In this document: positions 35,058 through 41,670 of the stretch, one piece after another | Layout of the letters: every line of letters starts with the position of its first letter | Numbering within the stretch: the stretch's first letter is position 1 | NCBI GenBank assembly: GCA_947626105.1 | Contig: CANQQY010000002.1 | Coordinates: 101,083 to 165,082 of the forward strand | Length of the DNA stretch: 64,000 nucleotides | From: an uncultured Clostridia bacterium | GTDB taxonomy: Bacteria; Bacillota; Clostridia; Christensenellales; Borkfalkiaceae | Direction of reading: 5' to 3' | The notes under the pieces: model-generated | What the model was told of the DNA's origin: nothing | The model's database searches: none | Seen by the model: only the letters and a program-made list of their open reading frames with translations | Made by a program: the position numbers and the translations under genes

Positions 35058-35148
35058 CGCGTCATTCTGAGGCGTAGCCGAAGAATCCCGAGGATGAAAG
35101 TTCGGACTCCGTTCTTCGGGATCCTTCACATTCGTTCAGGATGACGCG
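35058..35148. repeat. Family B TIR-bounded hairpin unit, copy B1
   Basis: CGCGTCATTCTGAGG...TTCAGGATGACGCG termini, with an internal GAAGAATCCCGAGGA / CTTCGGGATCCTTC complement. Confidence 0.75.
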
Positions 35149-35410
35149 GAAAACGGTGGCAGGTCTTGCCCTCGCTGCCCCTCTTAGGGGAAGTCCCCGA
35201 ACGTAGTGAGGGGAAAGGGGTTTCGGAAACCCCTCTGTCACTCGCAAGCTCGTGACATCTCCCCTACATGGGGCGACAAGACAACCCCCACCTGACGCGC
35301 TTCGCGCGCCACCCGCCCCCTTCAAAGGGGGCAGGTTTCGGACTCCGTTCTTCGGGATCCTTCACATTCGTTCAGGATGACGCGATATAACGGGCAAAGA
35401 GCCACCCTTT

Positions 35411-35610
35411 ATTCCAAAATCACTTGCCTTAGGCGGAATTCACTTCCGCCGTGGGCGCCCCCATTTGGCACCCTACGGGAGCCTTAATGTCCTGTGAAAC
35501 AGAACAGGGACGGCCGAATCGCTTCTACAAGGCAAAAGCATTAATCCCTCGTTCGATTTCTTTTTGAGCATGCGCCCAAAGGCACAGACGAAAAAAGAAA
35601 TCGAACGAAA
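35411..35610 (+). repeat. Family D multi-hairpin element, copy D3
   Basis: ATTCCAAAATCAC, then AGGCGGAATTCACTTCCGCC, ATTTGGCACCCTACGGGAGCC, CCTGTGAAACAG, GGCCGAATCG, TACAAGGCA, and ...AAGAAATCGAACGAAA. Confidence 0.8.
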
Positions 35611-35620
35611 TAAAAAACGC

Positions 35621-35649
35621 TTGCTTTTTCCGCGAAAATAGCGTATACT
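35621..35649 (+). promoter_or_regulatory. Promoter of the SRP RNA gene
   Basis: TTGCTT, 17 nt, TATACT. It starts 10 nt after the end of D3. Confidence 0.55.
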
Positions 35650-35655
35650 GTGTAT

Positions 35656-35905
35656 GCTGTGATAGGTGGGGAGTTAGCGGTGCCCTGAATCTGCAATCCG
35701 CTATAGCAGAGCCGAACGCTTTTCTCGGTGCCGTCTATGGGAGGCTGCGCGGGGTAAGCAGTGATGATCGCAAGGTCTTATGCAACGCGCGTCCGCGAAC
35801 CGTGTCAGGGTAGGGATACAGCAGCACTAAACGGTGCCGCGCGTGTGCCATGAGGTAGCTTTGCGGGAGCCGGCTGCCACGTTACCGCTCCGGTAGGTTG
35901 CAACA
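35656..35905 (+). ncRNA. ffs: Signal recognition particle RNA, long (Bacillus-type, with Alu domain)
   Basis: GUGUCAGGGUAGGGAUACAGCAGC and GCGUGUGCCAUGAGGUAGCU match the domain IV strands of E. coli 4.5S (GUCAGGUCCGGAAGGAAGCAGC; GCGUGUGCCGGGAUGUAGCU). The 5' GGUGGGGAGUUAGCGGUGCC is Alu-domain-like. The ends are approximate. Confidence 0.75.
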
Positions 35906-35937
35906 AAAAAAGCCCTCACAGTTTTTTTGAAAAGATT

Positions 35938-35972
35938 CCGCCCGACGTTTCCGTCGGGCGGGTGTTATTTTT
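35938..35972. terminator. Terminator between the SRP RNA and the AT-rich island
   Basis: CCGCCCGACG-TTTC-CGTCGGGCGG followed by GTGTTATTTTT. Confidence 0.65.
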
Positions 35973-36960
35973 ATGATTTCTTTTGCACTTTCATCAACGT
36001 TTTTACAATTATTCTTTTTTTAATTTTCTTGGTAGCAACTTGAATCAGAATTGCTACGGCAAGGATGATTCCCGCCCACAACAAGAACGGCCACCAATCT
36101 ATCTTAAAGTTGTTCGTAAAAATTGTAACGCCGTTACTGTCTGTTTCAAATTTGCCATAAATTACACTTCTCATAAAAGACATTATCATGTCCTTGCCCC
36201 AACACGCAAAGAATATTTCCAGCACACACCATGCCAGTTCAGAAACAAATTGTATTACCGCAAGCAAATATGCCTTGTTGGGATTCGTCGCAATAAAACA
36301 TGCAGAATCCATTCTTTCGATATTTTTCTCTTCCTTGGCTTCCCTAATTTCCCGATTGAGACTAAATTCCTCATCGTCGTCCTTTTTCTCTTTTTTTGCG
36401 GCACTTCGTGAGATAGCAGAATTGATCGCTTGCGAAATATCTATGCGGTTAGACCGTATCCATTTCCCAAAATTAAAGTCACGGAAGAAAGCGACCAATA
36501 CATTCATGACAATCGAAATTATATACATGAACACAAGCATGTAAAATAGCGTGTCTAGTCGAGCGACATCTGAAGCGTAAGAAGCCATCGCGCGCAAATA
36601 TTTTTCGGGCGTTATGTTTAAATAATTATCGAAAGATTGAAAGACCCAGACCAGGCCATAAATTAACGGAATTACCATGAGGCATGCCGAAAGAACACCA
36701 AATATGATTTTTTTCGTTTTTTCCTCCGGGACACTTTCATTCCATCGTTCGAATAAATTTTTCTTGCTTTCGTCCTTATTTGAATCGGGGGAGGTCGCTT
36801 TTTCCTCGGGCAAAACGTAGCCACATAGTTTGCACGATCCATTTCCCAAATTGATATGACCGCATTCGGGACACACAAAAATTTTTACGCCGCAATGCGG
36901 ACATGTGGTTGCTTGATCTGAAATTTCCTGCCCACACTCGGGACATTTGATCATTGCCAT
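35971..36960 (-). CDS. Double zinc-ribbon membrane protein (329 aa), unknown function
   Basis: MAMIKCPECGQEISDQATTCPHCG and VCPECGHINLGNGSCKLCG, then about 4 TM spans and a KKEKKDDDEE loop. Strongly AT-rich codon usage, unlike the neighbouring genes. Confidence 0.7.
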   Translation of the reverse strand: MAMIKCPECGQEISDQATTCPHCGVKIFVCPECGHINLGNGSCKLCGYVLPEEKATSPDSNKDESKKNLFERWNESVPEEKTKKIIFGVLSACLMVIPLIYGLVWVFQSFDNYLNITPEKYLRAMASYASDVARLDTLFYMLVFMYIISIVMNVLVAFFRDFNFGKWIRSNRIDISQAINSAISRSAAKKEKKDDDEEFSLNREIREAKEEKNIERMDSACFIATNPNKAYLLAVIQFVSELAWCVLEIFFACWGKDMIMSFMRSVIYGKFETDSNGVTIFTNNFKIDWWPFLLWAGIILAVAILIQVATKKIKKRIIVKTLMKVQKKS

Positions 36961-36972
36961 TTTTTCTCCTTA

Positions 36973-37542
36973 CTACAAATATAAATCTGGATTTATATTT
37001 TCAAAATATTTTTTGTCTTTCTTGTTTAAACCTGTAAAATCTACTTTCTTCGAAATATTCTTCTCATTCAAAAGCCACACCTGATATAATTTTTCGTATA
37101 GAAGATATTTAGCGATTAACTTTTTGGATTTTATCGTATAGTTTATACAGAATGCAGCACCGATAAAAATGGTCAAAACAGCAACAAGCACGATCGGACC
37201 TATAATCATCAGCATAGTATCGTCACTATTTAAATCCAAAACTTTCGTTTGTATCAAAATTAAAAACAAAAAATCTATTGCTCCTGCACCACAAATAATT
37301 CTACTGAAGATCGTATACTTTCTGCGGCACTTTAACGCTTTTTGCTTCGCGTAAGGACACATGTACTTCGGATATTTCTTCTGAAACTCTTCTTCAAGAT
37401 TATTTTGCTTGATCTTGTCGAAGGTTTGAAAGTCAACCGCAGAATTTTTTTGTTTTTCTTTGATAAGTTTACCGCAATGAATACATCGCTCTACGGTATC
37501 GCTTACCTGCCCGCCACAGTGTGGACAAACAATCAATGCCAT
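36973..37542 (-). CDS. Zinc-ribbon membrane protein (189 aa), unknown function
   Basis: MALIVCPHCGGQVSDTVERCIHCG and two TM spans. GGAGGA lies 6 nt upstream of the ATG. AT-rich. Confidence 0.7.
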   Translation of the reverse strand: MALIVCPHCGGQVSDTVERCIHCGKLIKEKQKNSAVDFQTFDKIKQNNLEEEFQKKYPKYMCPYAKQKALKCRRKYTIFSRIICGAGAIDFLFLILIQTKVLDLNSDDTMLMIIGPIVLVAVLTIFIGAAFCINYTIKSKKLIAKYLLYEKLYQVWLLNEKNISKKVDFTGLNKKDKKYFENINPDLYL

Positions 37543-37583
37543 ATAAAATCCTCCACTTAAACGCGTTCGCGTTATTCGACACC

Positions 37584-37612
37584 ATTATAGCAATATTTTG
37601 TTATTATGTCAA
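37584..37612 (-). promoter_or_regulatory. Consensus sigma-A promoter of the zinc-ribbon genes
   Basis: Minus strand reads TTGACA (37612-37607), 17 nt, TATAAT (37589-37584). Confidence 0.65.
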
Positions 37613-37630
37613 GAATTTTTATCACAATCG

Positions 37631-37639
37631 TGTTAAAAT
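37631..37639 (+). promoter_or_regulatory. Extended -10 box giving a leaderless XRE transcript
   Basis: TGt-TAAAAT (37634-37639), then 6 nt (AATAAT) and ATG 37646. No Shine-Dalgarno site. Confidence 0.45.
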
Positions 37640-37645
37640 AATAAT

Positions 37646-37981
37646 ATGGAAAAAATGACGATCAATGAAAGAATCAAGGAATTGCGAACGGAAAATGGAT
37701 TGACGCAGAAACAGCTCGCAGATGCGGTCGGGATCCCACAAACGACGGTTGCGTGCCATGAAAAGTCGCATGACCCGAATATCTATATTTTGATGAAGTA
37801 TGCCGATTTTTTTGAGTGCTCGCTCGATTATTTGGCGGGACGGGAACAGGCGCCTCTGCCCTATGCGCTCTCGCCGCAGGAGCGGGAACTCGTTCAGAAA
37901 TTCCGCTCTTTGAAGCCGCCGCTCCGCTCCTTTGCCTTTGAACAATTAAAACTTCTCTCCGAATCGGAAATCAACTGTTAA
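37646..37981 (+). CDS. XRE-family helix-turn-helix regulator (111 aa)
   Basis: RIKELRTENGLTQKQLADAVGIPQTTVACHEKS HTH_3 core, followed by a C-terminal extension. Confidence 0.75.
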   Translation: MEKMTINERIKELRTENGLTQKQLADAVGIPQTTVACHEKSHDPNIYILMKYADFFECSLDYLAGREQAPLPYALSPQERELVQKFRSLKPPLRSFAFEQLKLLSESEINC

Positions 37982-38014
37982 ACTCCCGTCTGCATCGGCG
38001 GGAGTTTTGTTTTG
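37981..38014 (+). terminator. Intrinsic terminator closing the island
   Basis: AACTCCCG-N10-CGGGAGTT followed by TTGTTTTG. Confidence 0.6.
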
Positions 38015-38024
38015 TCGCTTTTTT

Positions 38025-38207
38025 CTTGGCGCCCTGTTCTACGCGTCATTCCAAATCACGTCATCTTGAGCCTGTCGAAAGATCACCGCATTATAATAAG
38101 GTGATGCTTCGACTATGCTCAGCATGACGTATTTTTATGACACCCCTTCCGTCACGGCAAGGACAGCCGTGCCACCCACCCCTCGAGGGGTGGGCAAGGA
38201 TGAGCTC
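38025..38207. repeat. Intergenic mosaic repeat cluster R6
   Basis: Junction motif CATTCCAAATCAC, family C copy, and a family F-like GCCACCCACCCCTCGAGGGGTGGGCAAGG. Confidence 0.8.
38058..38130. repeat. Family C TIR-bounded hairpin unit, copy C2
   Basis: ACGTCATCTTGAGC...GCTCAGCATGACGT, with an internal GATCACCGCATTATAATAAGGTGATGC hairpin. Confidence 0.8.
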
Positions 38208-38273
38208 AATAGTCATTCAAATGCATAAAATAGCATATGTTATATAACGCATGTTATGAATGGAGAACAGAAA

Positions 38274-38304
38274 ATATGCCCGCGGCGGAACGCCGCGGGC
38301 ATAT
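38274..38304 (-). terminator. Terminator after pnp
   Basis: ATATGCCCGCGGCG-GAA-CGCCGCGGGCATAT. On the minus strand it is followed by TTTCTGTTC. Confidence 0.6.
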
Positions 38305-38315
38305 GATTTTACCTT

Positions 38316-40412
38316 TTAATTGAGTTTTTCGAGAAGTTTGAAGTCGATGCCCTTCTCGCCGATCTTGATGATCTTGACCTTGACCGTATCGCCGATGTTC
38401 AGGACGTCCTCGACCTTTTCGACGCGCTTATCGGACAGCTTGGAGATATGGATCATGCCGTCCTTGCCGGGAGCAAACTCTACGAACGCGCCCATCGTGG
38501 AGAGCACGCGGACGACTCTGCCGATGAACATATCGCCGACCTCGGGGTCGTGGACGATGCTCTCGATGATCGCCTTTGCCTTCTGCGCCGCCTCTGCGTC
38601 CCCGTAGGAAGCGATGCAGACGGTGCCGTCCTCTTCGATGTCGATCTTGGTGCCCGTCTCGGCAATGATCGAATTGATGACCTTGCCCTGCTTGCCGACG
38701 ACGTCGCCGATTTTCTCGGGGTCGATCGTGAAGAAGATGATGCGGGGTGCATACTTCGAAAGTTCGGGCGCGACTTCGGGCACGCATTCGAGCATCTTGC
38801 TCAAAATGAACTGTCTGCCCTCGTTCGCCTGTTCGATCGCCGTATGCATGATCTCTTCGGAGATGCCCTTGATCTTGATATCCATCTGGATCGCGGTAAT
38901 TCCCTTGGTGGTGCCTGCGACCTTGAAGTCCATATCGCCGAGGAAGTCCTCGAGCCCCTGGATATCGGTCATGACGCGGAACTCGCCCGTCTCCTGGTTC
39001 TTGATGAGTCCCATCGCGACGCCCGCAACGGGAGCCTTGATCGGAACGCCGGCGTCCATGAGCGCCATCGTCGAGCCGCAGACGGAAGCCATCGAGCTCG
39101 AACCGTTGGACGAAAGGATGTCGTTGACGACGCGGATCGCATAAGGGAATTCTTCTTTGGAAGGAATGACGGGCTCGAGGGCGCGCTCTGCAAGGGCGCC
39201 GTGGCCGATCTCGCGCCTGCCGGGGCTGCGGAGCGCCTTCGCTTCACCCGTGCAGTAGCCGGGGAAGTTGTATTGGTGCATGTAGCGCTTCTCTGTCTCG
39301 TCGTCAAGGCCTTCCAGCTTCTGCGCCGCGGCGAGCATATCGAGGGTGCAGGTCGTGAGGGTCTGCGTTTGGCCGCGGGTGAACACCGCCGAGCCGTGCG
39401 CACGGGGCAGGACGCTCCTCTCGCACCAGATGGGGCGAATGTCTTTGAGGCCTCTGCCGTCGGGGCGGATGCCCTTGTCGAAGATCTTTGCGCGGACCTT
39501 CTCCTTCGTCAGATAATAAATGGAATCGTTGATCTCGCGCGTGTTGTCGGGATAGATATCCTTAAAATGTTCCAAAACTTCCGCGCCGACCTGATCCTGA
39601 CGGGACTGCCGCTCTTGACGGTCGAAGGTGTCGAGCGCCCAGTCGAGCTTTTCGCTTGCGTATGCGCGGACGGCTGCGTCGATCTCTTCGGGAATGTGGT
39701 AGAGCTCGATCTCCTTCTTCGCCTTGCCGACGGCGGGAACGATCTCATTCTCGATTTGAAGGCAGATCTTGGCGATCTCGGCTTGTCCGAACATGATCGC
39801 GCCGACCATCTCGTCGTTCGTGACCTCGTTCGCGCCCGCTTCGATCATGAGAATGGCGTCCTTGGTGCCCGCAAGATTGAGGTGGATGGTGCTCTTTTCG
39901 CGCTGGGCGGCGTCGGGATTGATGACGTACTGTCCGTCAACGAGTCCCACGACGACGGAACCCGTCGGACCCGCCCACGGAATGTCCGAAATGGCGAGCG
40001 CAATGGAGGAGCCGATCATGGCGAGGGGCTCGGGCGCAACGTCGGGCTCGACGGAAAGGGCGGTCGCCGTAACGACGACGTCGTTGAAAAGCCCCTTCGG
40101 GAAGAGCGGACGCAGGGGTCTGTCGATGAGGCGGGCGGTGAGGATCGCCTTATCGGACGCTCTGCCCTCTCTGCGTTTGAATCCGCCCGGGATCTTGCCG
40201 ACCGCGTACATCTTCTCTTCATAATCCACTTGAAGAGGGAAGAAGTCGATGCCCTCGCGGGGAGTCGCCGACATGCAGACGTTGACCATGACGGCAGTCT
40301 CGCCGCAGCGGACGACGCAGTGGCCGTTCGTCTGCTCTGCATACTTGCCCGTCTCTACGGTGACCTCTCTGCCGCCGACCGACAGCTTAAATTCTTTGTA
40401 GTTTGGTGTCAT
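38316..40412 (-). CDS. pnp: Polyribonucleotide nucleotidyltransferase (PNPase)
   Basis: 698 aa with two RNase PH domains, KH and S1 (GDMFIGRVVRVLSTMGAFVEFAPGKDGMIHISKL). Confidence 0.95.
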   Translation of the reverse strand: MTPNYKEFKLSVGGREVTVETGKYAEQTNGHCVVRCGETAVMVNVCMSATPREGIDFFPLQVDYEEKMYAVGKIPGGFKRREGRASDKAILTARLIDRPLRPLFPKGLFNDVVVTATALSVEPDVAPEPLAMIGSSIALAISDIPWAGPTGSVVVGLVDGQYVINPDAAQREKSTIHLNLAGTKDAILMIEAGANEVTNDEMVGAIMFGQAEIAKICLQIENEIVPAVGKAKKEIELYHIPEEIDAAVRAYASEKLDWALDTFDRQERQSRQDQVGAEVLEHFKDIYPDNTREINDSIYYLTKEKVRAKIFDKGIRPDGRGLKDIRPIWCERSVLPRAHGSAVFTRGQTQTLTTCTLDMLAAAQKLEGLDDETEKRYMHQYNFPGYCTGEAKALRSPGRREIGHGALAERALEPVIPSKEEFPYAIRVVNDILSSNGSSSMASVCGSTMALMDAGVPIKAPVAGVAMGLIKNQETGEFRVMTDIQGLEDFLGDMDFKVAGTTKGITAIQMDIKIKGISEEIMHTAIEQANEGRQFILSKMLECVPEVAPELSKYAPRIIFFTIDPEKIGDVVGKQGKVINSIIAETGTKIDIEEDGTVCIASYGDAEAAQKAKAIIESIVHDPEVGDMFIGRVVRVLSTMGAFVEFAPGKDGMIHISKLSDKRVEKVEDVLNIGDTVKVKIIKIGEKGIDFKLLEKLN

Positions 40413-40657
40413 TGTTTCTCTTTCTCCTTACTCCTTGATTTCTTTGCCCCGTGATCCCGTGACCACGGGAGCGATTTTCTTGTTTGATGCTTTGTTGGCG
40501 CCCCGGAATCCCCTTAGCGCCCCCTTGAGGGGTCCTTCCTTAGGGATGGCGGGAAAAGGCGACCATTCTATTTTTGGAGCTTTTTCCGCCTGAGCTGTCG
40601 CGCGCCCTTGCGCGACTGATGGGGTGTCGTTCCGGTTACCTGAGGGTGTTCCCGATC

Positions 40658-40732
40658 ACGTCATGGTGAGCCTGGTCGAACCATCACTTTATTTATAATG
40701 CGGTGATGCTTCGACTACGCTCAGCATGACGT
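40658..40732. repeat. Family C TIR-bounded hairpin unit, copy C3
   Basis: ACGTCATGGTGAGC...GCTCAGCATGACGT, with an internal CCATCAC..GGTGATG hairpin. Confidence 0.8.
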
Positions 40733-40801
40733 ATTTTGGAACCATTGCCCACCCCCCTACCCCCCTCCTTGGGAGGGGGCATGTTCAGAGAGTCTGCCCT
40801 T

Positions 40802-40996
40802 CGTTCCCAATCACGGTGCGAGGCGGGTCTCCCGCCGCTGCACGCCCCCATTTGGTACCCTACGGGAACCTTAATGTTGTGTGAAACAGAAACGGGACGG
40901 CCGAATCGTACTACAAGGCAAAAGTCTTAACCCCTCGCTCGTATTTGTTTTGCGCTCGCGCCGACAAGGCGCGAGCTCAAAAGAAATCGAGCGAAA
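40802..40996 (+). repeat. Family D multi-hairpin element, copy D4
   Basis: CGTTCCCAATCAC, then GGTGCGAGGCGGGTCTCCCGCCGCTGCAC, ATTTGGTACCCTACGGGAACC, GTGTGAAACAG, GGCCGAATCG, and CTCGCTCGTATTTGTTTTGCGCTCGCGCC..GGCGCGAGCTCAAAAGAAATCGAGCGAAA. Confidence 0.8.
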
Positions 40997-41000
40997 TGCG

Positions 41001-41030
41001 AAAAAAAAGGCGGCAAAAAACCCGCCCTTT
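41001..41030 (-). terminator. Terminator after rpsO
   Basis: Minus strand reads AAAGGGCGG-GTTTTTTG-CCGCC-TTTTTTTT. Confidence 0.6.
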
Positions 41031-41037
41031 CTGTTCG

Positions 41038-41292
41038 TTATTTACGAAGTCCGAGCTGTTCGACAATGGCTCTGTAACGCTCGATATCCTTCGCTTTGAG
41101 GTAGTCCAAGAGCCCGCGGCGCTTACCGACCATCTTCAAGAGCCCGCGGCGGGAGTGATTGTCCTGCTTGTGGATCTTGAGGTGCTCGTTGAGGTGGTTG
41201 ATGCGTTCGGTGAGGAGCGCGATCTGAACTTCGGGCGAACCCGTATCCCCCTCGTGCTGGGCATACTTTGCGATGATTTCTTGCTTTTCCAT
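41038..41292 (-). CDS. rpsO: 30S ribosomal protein S15
   Basis: [51 protein letters not shown]. Confidence 0.95.
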   Translation of the reverse strand: MEKQEIIAKYAQHEGDTGSPEVQIALLTERINHLNEHLKIHKQDNHSRRGLLKMVGKRRGLLDYLKAKDIERYRAIVEQLGLRK

Positions 41293-41373
41293 TTGCGTTT
41301 ATCCTCCTATGGAATGTGTTGCGTTACGCCAAGAATAGCGTGGAGAGCGCAATTCCTCGCGTACGTCAAACAT

Positions 41374-41402
41374 AGGATATCATATTTCGGAGAATAAGTC
41401 AA
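41374..41402 (-). promoter_or_regulatory. Promoter of rpsO (leader of about 75 nt follows)
   Basis: Minus strand reads TTGACT, 17 nt, TGa-TATCCT. Confidence 0.5.
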
Positions 41403-41447
41403 AGGATTTTAGGGGCAATTCGGAAAATTTACCATTCACTCCCTCGG

Positions 41448-41665
41448 CGCCCCCTTGAGAGGCGGCGCGACCGCCCTTGGCTCGACTGAGGGGTTTTCCG
41501 CGTCATCCTGAGCCAGTGAGTTGTACGTAGTCTGAAACGCAATACCGCGAAGGATCCCGAAGAACGGAGTCCGAACCTTCATCGTCGGGATTCTTCCCCT
41601 TCGACTACGCTCAGGGTCAGAATGACGCGTTGTCCCTCGGCTCCCCTCGAAGGGGAGGAGCGGCT
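41448..41665. repeat. Intergenic mosaic repeat cluster R8
   Basis: CCCTCGGCGCCCCCTTGAGAGG, GCGCGACCGCCCTTGGCTCGACTGAGGGG, a full family B unit and CCCTCGGCTCCCCTCGAAGGGGAGG. Confidence 0.8.
41499..41629. repeat. Family B TIR-bounded hairpin unit, copy B4 (long form)
   Basis: CGCGTCATCCTGAGC...GCTCAGGGTCAGAATGACGCG. The interior contains GAAGGATCCCGAAGAACGGAGTCCGAAC, the reverse of the B1 core. Confidence 0.75.
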
Positions 41666-41670
41666 GTATT

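Larger units (their letters stand above)
34975..35612. repeat. Intergenic mosaic repeat cluster R5
   Basis: Family F (GAACCATTGCCCACCC...GGGAGGGGGCATG), family B, family A, family G (CCCCCACCTGACGCGCTTCGCGCGCCACCCGCCCCC), a second half-copy of family B, and family D copy D3. Confidence 0.85.
40495..40997. repeat. Intergenic mosaic repeat cluster R7 (rpsO-pnp spacer)
   Basis: Family H (inverted relative to R3), GCGCGCCCTTGCGCGACTGATGGGGTGTCGTTC unit, family C copy, family F unit, and family D copy D4. Confidence 0.85.

Noticed and set aside
35971-37981. Integrase, transposase or att-site direct repeats that would define the AT-rich island as a classical mobile element.
   Set aside because: No recombinase-like ORF is present, and I could not find direct repeats at the two borders by eye. 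It is therefore reported as a compositional island, not as a mobile_element feature.
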